Source: Pristiophorus japonicus (Eukaryota). From it: 64,000 nt of DNA. Of the stretch, positions 12,918 to 25,061 are shown piece by piece. The stretch spans positions 38,130,001 to 38,194,000 of the forward strand of contig NC_091999.1 of NCBI RefSeq assembly GCF_044704955.1, in the 5' to 3' direction. Made by a program: the position numbers and the translations under genes. Below the pieces are notes generated by a model. It ran no database searches. It was not told the DNA's origin and saw nothing but the letters and a program-made list of their open reading frames with translations. Within the stretch, counting starts at the first letter, position 1, and each line of letters begins with the position of its first letter.

Positions 12918-13533
12918 CCTGTGAGAGCCTGCATTCTGTCTCTGTGAGAATCTGGGCTTCAACCCCAACCTCACATACAAACACATACACATCGGCTTTC
13001 AGTGAGCATTTACGAACATTTTTAGTGATATTGAGACGGGGGCAACTCTCCTATTCTTTTTCGAGCAATGCACTGGGAACTTTCATATCCACCCGAGGGT
13101 GCAGACGGAGCTTCAATTTAACATTTCATCCGAACGTCAACAGCTTCAACATTGCAAAATTCCCCAAGTGCTGCACTTGAGTGTTAGCCAAGATGATAAT
13201 GCTCAAGTCTCAGAAGTGCGACTTGAACAGACAAACTCCCGATTCAGTCGAGAATGCGGCCACTGAACCATTGCCGATACAAAAGTTGACAACCGTATTA
13301 TTTTCCCCAGGTCATTTTTATAAGTTCCAGGACATACCAAATTCATGGTGATGATTTGCACAGACAGTTGCACATACACAGAGACATATAAAGAGATGGA
13401 CAGACACAGAGACCCAAACACACATAACTAGAAATTTGCACGCACCAACGGGCATGCACAGATGCCTCAGACATCTCGAGGGATAGACAGGCTGAATCAC
13501 TGTCGCAACTTTGACTGATGTTTGCGATATTTG

Positions 13534-16502
13534 TCTCCTGTGGGCTGAGGGGCACCTCCTGTATGGTAATGTGGGCTGCTCTGCATCCGCTGGAGCGAAT
13601 GGTGGTCGTGCGTATCAGTGCCACTGATAAATAGCCATTATCAGGTGCTGGGGCCACCTCTACTCCAAACTCATTATCCCTCTCTGTTTGACTGTTTGGT
13701 TGGGGTTGTGGACTGCACTTACCCACCTTGGGGTACATTATCTCTATTACCGTAGGATATGGTGCTATGGCTGTGCTCTGCACTATCCATCTGGTCCTGT
13801 CTTTTTCTCTGCCAGCTTATTTATCTTAGCTTCTAACTCTTGAATTTGATGTGTTTAAGTATCTATCTGTGCTCTGTAGCAGGCGAGTAAACATAGAAGC
13901 ATAGAAACATAGAAACATAGAAAATAGGTGCAGGAGTAGGCCATTCGGCCCTTCTAGCCTTCACCGCCATTCAATGAGTTCATGGCTGAACATGCAACTT
14001 CAGTACCCCATTCCTGCTTTCTCACCATACCCTTTGATTCCCCTAGTAGTAAGGACTTCATCTAACTCCTTTTTGAATATATTTAGTGAATTGGCCTCAA
14101 CAACTTTCTGTGGTCGAGAATTCCACAGGTTCACCACTCTCTGGGTGAAGAAATTCCTCCTCATCTCGGTCCTAAATGGCTTCCGCCTTATCCTTAGACT
14201 GTGTCCCCTGGTTCTGGACTTCCCCAACATTGGGAACATTCTTCCTGCATCTAACCTGTCTAACCCCGTCAGAATTTTAAACGTTTCTATGAGGTCCCCT
14301 CTCATTCTTCTGAACTCCAGTGAATACAAGCTCAGTTGATCCAGTCTTTCTTGATAGGTCAGTCCCGCCGTCCCGGGAATCAGTCTGGTGAACATTCGCT
14401 GCACTCCCTCAAATACAAGAATGTCCTTCCTCAGGTTTGGAGACCAAAACTGCACACAATACTCCAGGTGTGGCCTCACCAAGACCCTGTACAATTGTAA
14501 CAACACCTCCCTGCCCCTGTACTCAAATCCCCTCGCTATGAAGGCCAACATGCCTTATTACATAGGCTTTCTTAGTTTTGTTTTCATTCTGAATATCCGC
14601 ACATTTCTTCTGTCTGTCAGGTGAGTCTTTTTTCTTTTATTAAGAAATCCAAACTAATAATGTCCAGTATAAAACATCTTTCAATGGAAAGGGCTAACTC
14701 CACTACAGGTTTGTAAGAAGGTCTGGCGTCATTACGTGACTTCGGGTATCCATCTGAAAATATTTCCCCAAGTCTTTGTGCTTTCAAAACTTGATAAGAA
14801 ATTAGGAATCCGTTAAAATAGCAGAAATTATTGGTAAAGTTGTCAAAATAAAACCTTCTCAGCGGGAAAGGCAGCATTTTAGATTAACCTCCAATTTCTC
14901 ATTAAACTCCAATTTCTCTACACATCCAATTCAAATACGTGCCAACGAGTTTTTCATTGATTTAAAGCGAGACCACACATTTTAATAGCTATTTTGTTTA
15001 CAGAAATCTAATTTCCATTCAATCTATATACATTCCAGCATTTTGTTTTTTTATTGTCCCGTTCACTGAGCAAATCTTGTGTTTTATTTTCTCTCGGCAC
15101 AAAATCTAAACTTCGGTGCCGGTCCATCTTTTTAAGAATCCTGTAATTCCCAGTTTTTTCTTTCTGTGCTGAGTTCACATAGCTTAGATATTTTCCCCCT
15201 TTTGAATCTGAACTTAATAATTTTTTGATGACCTTACTCCAGTCCATAGTTAAACATCTTTGTTTCTCTTCCTCGGCACAAAGCGTTGTCAGGTTTAACT
15301 CGTAAGTTTTTATATTTCAACCAATATCCTTTTCACAGCCAATTTAAATGTCGTTTCTTCAAATTAGGTTTTGTATTTTGATGATCTTCCTCCAGTCCAT
15401 TTTGCTCAACATCTTTGTTTCTCTGCAGCTTTCAATGTAAAATTTCTATCTTTTGATAAATATAAACTGTCCTTTGTAAATTCAATTTGATATCCAACAT
15501 TTTTCTTTTCTTTTATTAATTTTCCATTTATCTCAGCAAGCATTTTATCCCACTGGCCAGTTTTCCTAGGATCCTGGGGTCCCACCCCACGGTTTAGGTT
15601 GTATTCCTTCTTGTTTGCACTGCACACGATCAATACCAGCTTCACTGTGTTATTACCACGTCATGCTTCAGGACATACGCCTTATATTTCCCATAACGAT
15701 CGCTGGGGTCTACTTCCCCTGTGGTTGCATTCCTTCTTTTTCAGGCATATACCTATCCCACCCTTGGTTTTCAGCCATCTGTGGTTCGTTATAAGTTGTC
15801 CTGCAGCTGACCCCTTCTAATTCTTTATCCAAATTAGCTCCTTCCCCGTCAATGCAACAGCTGCATGTGGTAAAAAAAACATGCTCACTATAATTTAGCT
15901 GTCACGTGAACCAGGTCGGAAGGTCTGCATCCGGTTCATGACGCCAAATGTTGGGTTTAGAAAGGAGGCTTCTCTTCTTCGACGTGGACTAACTGATATA
16001 GTTCATCGAAACCTCACCTTTCTCCCACTGTATAACGACCACGGAAGTGAACACACGAAATCCCAGCATCAACTGGCCTTTATTACGAGCAATTGCAAGG
16101 GAAGGTTCAGTCGTGGAACCTCCGAAATAAAACAGTTTTCAAGCATAACTTATGCAGGTTTTGGAAGGAGCTATCCTCCTGCAAAATCATCGATAGGTCT
16201 ATTGATATCAGCGAAATTACATTGATTTGTCGACACTTATCCGACGGACTCTGAGTGGTAAATGCAACAGTCCATCTCTCATCATTGTTTTGTTCCATTT
16301 TTCCCTCTACCCCAGTCTATCCGACGGTTAGAGTGGCTGTACTTGCTTATTTATCTCTTCCTCAGGGACGTAGAAAAACTGCTGACCGGCTGTTTAAGTA
16401 TTAGAGAGGTTACGGATTCAGTTCAATGCGTTATACATTTGCGCTGTACCTACATAAGCAATTGTTAGCTACATAGCAATTATAAGTTCAATACCTTCTT
16501 CA
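13534..16502 (-). mobile_element. Truncated ERV/LTR element B: 5' LTR (~15949-16502), PBS, leader and decayed gag-like sequence
   Basis: PBS TGGCGTCATGAACCGGAT (15946-15929) is complementary to the 3' end of vertebrate tRNA-Ser(CGA) (16/18) and lies 2 nt from an LTR end ...AACA; AATAAA at 16084-16079; coiled-coil/Pro-rich gag-like fragments at 13540-13890. Right LTR boundary uncertain. Confidence 0.65.
13891..14553 (-). mobile_element. Young CR1 LINE 3' fragment inserted in ERV B
   Basis: ORF 14000-14551 is CR1 RT C-terminus; (CATAGAAA)n tail; nearly identical to 29750-30398. Confidence 0.95.
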
Positions 16503-17932
16503 TAATTCTGAGCTCCTATTTGCAACCTTATAATTTATCCCTTGAAGGGGTCGATGCAAAGCCTCCATCATTGTTCCCCATGAGTCCTCTAATTGTTTGG
16601 TGAGACGTTTATTCTCTCTGCTTAGATCTTCTTTTTAAATCTCAAGATTTCCTAATTGTTTACATTGCAGCCCCTACGTGAATTGCATTGATACTCTGCT
16701 GTTGCATTACTGCAGTAGCTGAGGCAAATTGACTCTGCAAATTCACAATTTTCTGTTTAATGTCTGAATCTATTTTCTGCAATTCTTCATTCTTAGCCGA
16801 ATTTTTTTTCCAGTTCTGATATTTTATCCTCTAATTCTTTCTTGACCTTTGATTGACGTCCTGCGAAGTACGAAGCTGCATAGGTGACTAGACTCATCGC
16901 CTTACCCAGCTTCCATTTCTTAGCTTTAATCTGTTCATCAATAAAAGTGACCATATCCTTCAGGGATACATTCGGATTCTTCCCTAGGCAATCTAGCAAC
17001 GGTGTCTGCACTTGCGTTTCGTCACATCTTTTTTCTATATTTTTCTGATACTCTTCCAAGAGACATTCCTCCGGCATCTGAAAATTAATTATTTTTAAGT
17101 AAGCTTCCTTAATGAAGATAACAGTCACTAGCAGTTGACGTAAATCAACCTTACACAAGATTTGATCGGTGATCAAACGCTCTGCCTTGCATCTGCTGGT
17201 GATACATAACAACTTGTTTTCAAATAGACAGAAAAAATTACAAGAGTTCCCGATTAACTTGATTATTGAGTATATTGCATTTTGTTCAATATCTCTTTGT
17301 TTTGTTCCTTCGTGGTCGCCAGATGTAGTTTTTATCCAATGAGCAGCTTTTTGCCGCTTTGCTAACTATAGCAATTCAGCTATTTTCAGGGTATATATTT
17401 AATTCAAACTGGGAGACTCTTGTTAAGATCATACCAAATGCTTTTAATACAGGTATAGTGAGTAAAAACAGTGTTTTGTCAAGTAAATTACATTCTGTTA
17501 CAAAAATAATACTTAACAAATTATAGTCACAGCCTAATTCACCATAGCGTCCTCTCGAGCTGACCGTGGTGCCGACTCCTTATCTCCTGTTCGCTTGATT
17601 CGTACTGCATTCTGAGTAGAAGAGCTGTTACTTTTTACCATTTTTCTCCCATTCAAAAGATGTGAAAATTTACAGCTGTTGTAGCCTTACAATAGATCAT
17701 GTTATCTATTGCCTTTGACTTTCTATGTTATCTCTATCTCCCTCCCTCTCTGTGGCAAGAATCACTTCTCTGAGAACAATTATACAGACCATGGTCACAC
17801 AGAATTCATTACTGAGCTTGGCTTTACAAAAATATGACAAGAACTGGTACGCAATTTATACCTTTATGTTATTGATTAATAATTTTGGCCTTGATCTTTC
17901 TATTTCTAAATGAAGCTTCATCGGCAGTTACA
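16503..17932 (-). mobile_element. Truncated ERV/LTR element A: 5' LTR (17324-17932), PBS-Arg, gag N-terminal remnant
   Basis: LTR termini TGTAAC...ACTACA; PBS TGGCGACCACGAAGGAAC (17321-17304) is complementary to tRNA-Arg(TCG) 3' end (17/18); Lys/Glu-rich coiled-coil ORF 16793-17212. Confidence 0.7.
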
Positions 17933-17974
17933 AAAATGGATAAAATAATAACGACTCAATTTAACATGATGCTT

Positions 17975-18620
17975 TGTTCATGTGTGGAAATGTGTAAGTA
18001 TGGTTATGTCGAAATGTTTGTTTATGTTGAGGTGTAAGTGTGTTTGAGTTTTAGTGTAACATTGTGTTTACATGTAAGTGTGTGTGTGTGTGTTTTGTGT
18101 TAGTCTGTGTTTGGATTTATATGCATGTTCATGCTTGTGTAAGTGTGTTGAGGTGTGTGTTTTCCTGTAAGTGTATGGTTATGTCTCAATGTTGTTCATG
18201 TTTAGGTATAAGTCTGTGTGTGTTTGTGTGTGTATGTTTCGTGTAAGTGTGTGTTTTGATTGATGCGTGTGTATAAGTGCAATAGTATGTTTGCATGTAA
18301 GCATGTGTGTGTTTTGTGTAAATCTGTATTTGGATTGATGCGTTCGATTACGAGTGTGTGTGTGTTTTGTGCAAGTCTGTGTGTGGATTGACGTGTGTAT
18401 TTATCTGTGTGTAAGTCTGTTTGTGTGTTTTGTGTAAGTGTGTGTGTGGATTGATGTGTGTGGTTATGTGTGTGTAAGTGTTTGTGTGCTTTGTGTAAAT
18501 GTGTGTGTGGATTGATGTATGTGTTGATATGTGTGTAAATGTGTGTAAGTGTGTTTTCTATAAGTGTGTGTCTGGATTGATATGTGTGTCTATGTTTGTG
18601 GAACTGTGTATAAGTTTCCA
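17975..18620. repeat. TG-rich low-complexity tract (IgM secretory-to-TM intron type)
   Basis: Degenerate (TG)n/TGTAAG units; its flank at 18640-18740 aligns with 63915-64000. Confidence 0.85.
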
Positions 18621-19547
18621 TTGTGTTAGTGTACGTTTCGATTGACGTGTATTATTGCTGTTGTTCAAAGTTTCATAGAGTACCAATAACTGGATTTGAC
18701 AATGAAGGTTTTCATTATATTCTAGTTATGTATAATATTATGTGTCAGGTTGTTAGTATGTCTTTATATGTAAGTCTATGTGTGTTTATGTGTAATTGTG
18801 CACTTACACAAAAACACAAACTTATACAAAATCATCAAAACACTTACATGTGAACACACACAAACTCATATTCACATGTATTCTCCTCTGCTCTGTGTAA
18901 ATGTGTTCTGTGTGAGGCGCAACGTGACATCAGCCGAACGAATGCAACAATTCAACCGATGGGCTTCAGCAACATCAGGGACACAACTGTGAGAAACCCG
19001 CAGTGGATTCAGTCACCAGTTGAGACATGGCCCATTAGAATTCAACATGTTAGTTTACAATTAACAGGGACTGTTGCATCCCCAACCCTATTTAAAAATA
19101 TTACGTGGAATAAATAGTTATTTCAGAATATAATACTCATATGGCAAGTTTACAATCTTTAGATCATGGGTTAGAATGTACGATGGCAACTTAGTGCATT
19201 TAAAAGATGATGGTTCACTTCCCATCTCCCTGCGGGAGGGGCAGTGGGGGTTACATGAATTACACGTTTCCCTTTCTCCTCTCGCTGGTGCGTGTGAGAG
19301 GTACAGTGAGTTAAAATGACACTTTACTCCCTCTCAGCTGAAGTTACCTTCAGGAATCCTGTAATGAGAGAACTCCACCCAGTTTCTAACTCATGCTGTA
19401 TCTGAGCTGGGAGCGCTGGCTGTACAAGCCTTGGGACCGAGATCCGCAAACACCCTACTTCAGATAAACAGACCTCACATTGTCCAAAATAGGAAACATA
19501 ATTAATTGAGTGGCTGTGTGTTTAACTCACGATTGGAAGAAAAGCCC

Positions 19548-19563
19548 TTTATTGTTTTTTATT
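19548..19563 (-). promoter_or_regulatory. Polyadenylation signals of secretory IgM
   Basis: Two AATAAA hexamers about 30 and 40 nt after the secretory-tail stop codon. Confidence 0.65.
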
Positions 19564-19591
19564 TAAGAACTGAAATGCAATCGAGACATTC

Positions 19592-19609
19592 TCATTGACA
19601 AGAGTGACG
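19592..19609 (-). pseudogene. IGHM: IgM secretory tail end (..S-C-Q-stop), detached by CR1 insertion
   Basis: Minus strand CGTCA C TCT TGT CAA TGA; shark IgM tails end ...NSCQ with the penultimate Cys. Confidence 0.8.
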
Positions 19610-21518
19610 AAGAAAGCAATAAAGAAAGGAAAGATCGATTATGCAAAACATGAAAACGGATATTAAAGCTTTTACAGATATGCAAAACGGAAAAGAGTGA
19701 CTAAAGTAAAAGTTGGTCCCTTAGAAGATGAGAAGGGAGTTTTAATAATGGGAAATGTGGAAATGGCTGAGAGCTTAAACAATTATTTTGCTTCGGTCTC
19801 CACAGTGGAAGACACAAAAACCATGCCATAAATTGCTGGTCAAAGGAATGTGGGAAGGGAGGACCTTGAGACAATCACTATCACTAGGGGGGTAGTGCTG
19901 GACAGGCTAATGGGACTCAAGGTAGACAAGTCCCCTGGTCCTGATGAAATGCATCCCAGGGTATTATAATAGATGGCGGAAGTTATAGCAGATGCATTCG
20001 TTATAATCCACCAAAACTCTCTGGACTCTGGGGAGGTACCAGCGGATTGGAAAGCAGCTAATGTAAAACTTCTGTTTAAACAAGTGGGCAGACAAAAGGC
20101 AGGTAACTATAGGCCGGTTAGTTTAACATCTGTAGTGGGGAAAATGCTTGAAACTATCATTAAGGAAGAAATAGCGGGACATCTAGATTGGAATAGTGCA
20201 ATCAAGCAGACGCAGCATGGATTCATGAAGGGGTAATCATGTTTAACTAATTTACTGGAATTCTTTGAGGAGATAACGAGCATGGTGGATACAGGTGTAC
20301 CGATGGATGTGGTGTATTAGATTTTCAAAAGGCATTCGATAAGGTCCCACACAAAAGGTTACTGCAGAAGATAACGGTACGCGGAGTCAGAGGAAATGTA
20401 TTAGCATGGATAGAGAATTGGCTGGCTAACAGAAAACAGAGAGTCGCGATGAATGGGTCCTTTTCGTGTATAAAATCAGTGGTTAGTGGTGTGCCACAGG
20501 GATCGGTGCTGGGACTGCAACTGTTTACAATATACATAGATGACCTGGAAGAGGGGATAGAGTGCAGTGTAACAAAATTTGCAGATGACACAAAGATTAA
20601 AGGGAAAGCGGGTTGTGCAGAGGACACAGAAAGGCTGCAAAGAGATTTAGATAGGTTAAGCGAATGGGGCAAGGTTTGCCAGATGGAATACAATGTCGGA
20701 AAGTGTGAGGTCATCCACCTTGAGGAAAAAAAACAGTAAAGGGGAATATTATTTGAATGGGGAGAAATTATAACATGCTGCGATGCAGAGGGACCTGGGA
20801 GTCCTTGTCCATGGATCCCAAGATGTTAGTTTGCAGGTGCAGCAGGTAATCAGGAACGCGAATGGAATGTTGGCCTTCATTGCCAGAGGGATGGAGTACA
20901 AATGCAGGGAGGTCCTTCTGCAACTGTAAAGGGTGTTGGTGAGGCCGCACCTGGAGTACTGCGTGCAGTTTTGGTCACCTTACTTAAGGAAGTATATACT
21001 AGCTTTGGAGGGGGTACAGAGACGATTCACGAGGCTGATTCAGGAGATCAGGGGGTTACCTTATAATGATAGATTGAGTAGACTGGGTCTTTACTCGTTG
21101 GAGTTCAGAAGGATGAGTGGTGATCGATAGAAACATTTAAAACAATGAAAGGCATAGACAAGATAGAGGCAGTGGGGGTGTTTCCACTTGTCGGGGAGAC
21201 TAGAACTAGGGGGCACAGCCTCAAAATACGGGGGAGCCAATTTAAAACTGAGTTGAGAAGGAATTTCTTCTCCCACAGAGTTGTGAATCTGTGGAATTCT
21301 CTCCAAAGGGGAGGAATTGAGGATAGCTCATTGAATGTATTCAATTCACAGATAGATAGATTTTTAACCAATAAGGGAATTAAGGGTTATGGGGAGCGGG
21401 CGGGTAAGTGGAGCTGAGTCCACGACCAGATCAGCCATGATCTTGTTGAATGGCGGAACAGGCTCGAGAGGCTAGATGGCCTACTCCTGTTCCTAATTTT
21501 TATGTTCTTATGTTCTTA
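19610..21518 (+). mobile_element. CR1 LINE (5'-truncated, RT domain) inserted in IgM secretory tail
   Basis: NYRPVSLTS, GVPQGSVLG and KFADD motifs; (TTCTTATG)n tail; flanked by TGACG at 19605-19609 and 21519-21523. Confidence 0.95.
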
Positions 21519-21883
21519 TGACGTTGTCCATCAGAACAAGGGAAATGCTTTACCACTCGATTTATTGACGGTTCTGTTGGTGATTATCAATGGGATCGCT
21601 TGATGTCCCACCACACAGGATTGAGAGGCGCCGCTGGCCCACTCCTCGGCTGCAATGGATAGCAGACTGTACATGAAGAAGGAGCTGCTGCCGTTCTCCG
21701 CCATCAGCTCGGTGTTCTTGTAGTTGCCGGAATCCACCGGCTTGTCATTGACGGTCCATTTGATGAAGATCTCTCGGGGGGAGAAACCTCTCACTAAGCA
21801 GGTGAGGCTGACCAACCTCTGAGCAGAGACTTCTTCTGCCGAGGGCAGGAGGACAGACATGGCCGGTTCCCGCGGATCATTCG
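21519..21883 (-). pseudogene. IGHM: IgM heavy chain C-mu4 exon plus start of secretory tail
   Basis: Acceptor TTCTACAG|; [42 protein letters not shown]...[24 protein letters not shown]; internal donor G|GTAAA at 21554 used for TM splicing; tail frameshifted (ISLVLMDNV lies in another frame). Confidence 0.95.
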
Positions 21884-22800
21884 CTGTAGAACAGTTACAA
21901 CAAAGGCCAATGAACTGGATAGTTCCAGAGACAATGGGGGAATTTCAACCCAGTACAGCGGGCGGGTTTTGGGCGTGGAGGTTGTTAAATTGGTAAAAAT
22001 CAGAATCCCGACCTCAACTCGCCAACTTCCGGTTGTAATATTATATTTGAGTAATATATTTAAATGAGATTGGAATCCTCTATTTTAACCACCATTTGGT
22101 GTTTAACTGTCGCTGGTCCGGCTTGACACACTGTGTAAATCTGAGCAGGTGCAGCAAGGCGGGGATTGCTGCACCCAGGTGGTAATTGCCCTTACACCTA
22201 CCTCCTGGATCCAGGGTCCCTGCCTAACCCATCGCCCGCGATCCGCAACCTCCTCACTCGGCTTCCAATCCTCCCGTTCTCACTGGTGGCCTGTGAGACC
22301 AACGCCCACAACTCGCTTTCTTCATTTAAATTCAGCCAATTTCCGGTGGTTAGATGTGAGAGAAATGGACACTGCGTTGAATTTTAACGCTTTTCCTTTT
22401 CCCCTCTGTTGCCTCTCTGGTTTTCCATCCCTTATCAGAGGGAACGTAATCTTTCTCTCTGAAATCTTGAAGCGTTGGACTGGAAAATGACATAGAATTT
22501 AATGCACAGAACGAGGAGATTTGGCCAACTGGTCTATGCCAGTGTTTATGATCCACACAAGCCTCCTCCGAGCCCACTTCATCTGAACCTAATAATATAC
22601 CCTTCTATTTCTTTCTCGCTCATGGACTTATCCAGTTTCCCCTAAAATACATAATGTCAGGTCCCAGAGTGCTGAGTTGGTGGAATTAGCAACCTGAATG
22701 ATCAGAGTAGCCATTAAACACTTTATATAATCAATTGGCCCTTGCACACGCATCGAAATTGTCGCAGTGTCTCAATTATTGCAACAATCTCCCCGCTCAC

Positions 22801-23108
22801 CCTTTTCCTTGTGGATGGAATCTCTGATCGGAGTCGGCATTTCCTGATGGCTCACCACGCAATAGAACTTATCCCCACTCAGCCAAACTTGTGTCGAGAT
22901 GTTTAAGTTGCTGATCACACTGTTGGGATCCTCTCCGGGTTGGACGGCAATCTCTGATTTCAAAGTCTCGTTTTTTCGGGTCCAGGTCACGGTGAGCCCA
23001 TAAGGAGTGTCAGACACGACGCACGTTAAGGTCACCGTCGCCTCCAGTAAAACCTATTCCAGTGACGGTGGGCGAAGAGTGATTTTTAATCGCTGCATGG
23101 GACATCCA
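22801..23108 (-). pseudogene. IGHM: IgM heavy chain C-mu3 exon (frameshift plus premature stop)
   Basis: Acceptor TTTCGCAG|, donor G|GTGAG; [24 protein letters not shown]...W...[22 protein letters not shown]; TAG at 23056-23054 and a frameshift near 23088. Confidence 0.93.
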
Positions 23109-23809
23109 CTGCGAAACAGGAATGAAAGTCAGGAAAAGCCGCATCTTCAGAATCAGGACACCAATAATTAGCCTTAACTCTTTCAAGGGGAATAATTCAC
23201 TTTTGGGATATCAACCTCTCGCTATTGCTTGAACACCGTCGTTATGGAAGGACAATGAATTGGCAACGATTCCGGGAGGTCTGTAATATTTCCTGTGTAT
23301 TTGAGCCAGTGCCACCTGTAATGGGCTGTGAAGCAAATACCTGGCGTAAAATGGGAATAAATTGGGACACAATTGTGATAGGCACTGAATAGCGCTCTTC
23401 CTGAAATCCCTTGCTCCTTTACGCCCGTCTATAGATTCTTGCACCCAAGTGCATCTCCACTGGTTATAATAGCTGAAGCCCGAATAGCCCCAAGTTCAAG
23501 AGGTCTACACCAGCATTATACTGATTCAAAACCAGTGTCAAATTAATTTCAGGATTTATGGGACAACAGGAAACAAAGTTAAGTTTCTAGTCTTTTGCTG
23601 CTATTTTTGTTGCGATGAAAATGTGCAGGAACCAGTCACATCCCCCGTCAGAGGAGAAGTGCAAGGTCCGGAGAATGGAGTTGCAAGGAATCTTTTGTGG
23701 TGTGTCATCATTTGTAATGATGTGAGGTAGTTTGTTAATATCTGTAATTACTGAACATTTATCATGTCTGGTGAGAGAGATTCAGAAAGCACGATGACCT
23801 CAGGGCATT

Positions 23810-24310
23810 AATAGCAACATAGGAATAGGAGAAGGCCATTCAGTCCATCCATCCTGTCCCGCCATCCAGTTAGATCATGGCTGATCAACACTCAACACCA
23901 TCTTCACGCCTTGGTTATGCAACCCATGATAAACTTGCCGAACAAAAATCTATTTATCTCAGTTTTCAACGTTTCAATTGAAAGCAAGTGTCAGCAGCTT
24001 TTGGGGAGGGAAATCCCGACTTGCACAATTCTTCCTGTGAGAAAATCCTTTCTGACATCACCTCTGCACGGCCTAACTCTAATGTTAAGGTTCTGCTATT
24101 TGTTCTGGACTCTCCCATCAAACTAAATAAAAGTTTCTATATCTACTCGATACAATTCCATTTATCAACTTAAACACGTCAATTGGATCATCTCTTAACG
24201 TTCTATACTCGCCACCTGATCATTTTGCATTATTAGCCCCGGTATAATTCGGGTAAACCTGCAGTTTAGCACCTCCACGTATATCCTTCCTCAGGTGCGG
24301 AGCCCAGAAT
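23810..24310 (-). mobile_element. Old CR1-like LINE 3' fragment
   Basis: Degenerate AGGCCATTCAG...AGATCATGGCTGAT 3'-end motif and decayed RT C-terminus. Confidence 0.7.
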
Positions 24311-24830
24311 CCAGGAGGATTTCCTGGAGTGCATAAGGGATGGTTTTTTAGACCAATATGTCGAGGAACCAACTAGGGGGGAGGCCATCTTAGACTGGGT
24401 GTTGTGTAATGAGAGAGGATTAATTAGCAATCTCGTTGTGCGATGCGCCTTGGGGAAGAGTGACCATAATATGGTGGAATTCTGCATTAGGATGGACAAT
24501 GAAACAGTTAATTCAGAGACCATGGTCCAGAACTTAAAGAAGGATAACTTTGAAGGTATGAGGCGTGAATTGGCTAGGATAGATTGGCGAATGATACTTA
24601 AGGGGTTGACTGTGGATGGGCAATGGCAGACATTTACAGACCGCATGGATGAACTACAACAATTGTACATTCCTGTCTGGCGTAAAAATAAAAAAGGGAA
24701 GGTGGCTCAACCATGGCTATCAAGGGAAATCATGGATAGTATTAAAGCCAAGGAAGTGGCATACAAATTGGCCAGAAATAGCAGCGAACCCGGGGACTGG
24801 GAGAAATTTAGAACTCAGCAGAGGAGGACA
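24311..24830 (+). mobile_element. CR1 LINE internal fragment (EN end/linker)
   Basis: ILDWVLCN...GKSDHNMVEF motif; homologous to 35440-35945. Confidence 0.9.
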
Positions 24831-25061
24831 GTAAAATATAGCCTAATTTACAATTCTGGTGTATTCATGTCCCACAACTCCAGAGTCCAATTAAAAGGAC
24901 TTCAAAAACCCCATTTCCAGTAATATACGGCCGACGCACTGGCAGCATGCTTCAAGAGTGAAAAACAATCTCGGGGTCCTGGTTGATAGTGGCTGCTGAT
25001 TTTTGTTTTACATCATTCCAATTGCTCCACCTCATCCTACCTCACAGTACTCCTCAGTTGT

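Larger units (their letters stand above)
298..13533 (-). repeat. Tandem array of ~1.95-kb tRNA-cluster units (Ser-Asp-GA tract-Leu-SINE), 6 full units plus partial ends
   Basis: tRNA-Ser copies start at 817, 3937, 5844, 7795, 9748 and 11714 (spacings 3120, 1907, 1951, 1953, 1966); spacer sequences align between units. Confidence 0.95.

Noticed and set aside
15929-15946. Link between the Ser PBS and the neighbouring tRNA-Ser array
   Set aside because: The PBS matches the Ser(CGA) 3' end (..TTCGTGACG), not the array's Ser(AGA) type (..GCCGACTACG).
18202-18621. His/Thr-rich 139-aa ORF (and similar ORF 63457-63771)
   Set aside because: Translation of TG/CA low-complexity DNA.
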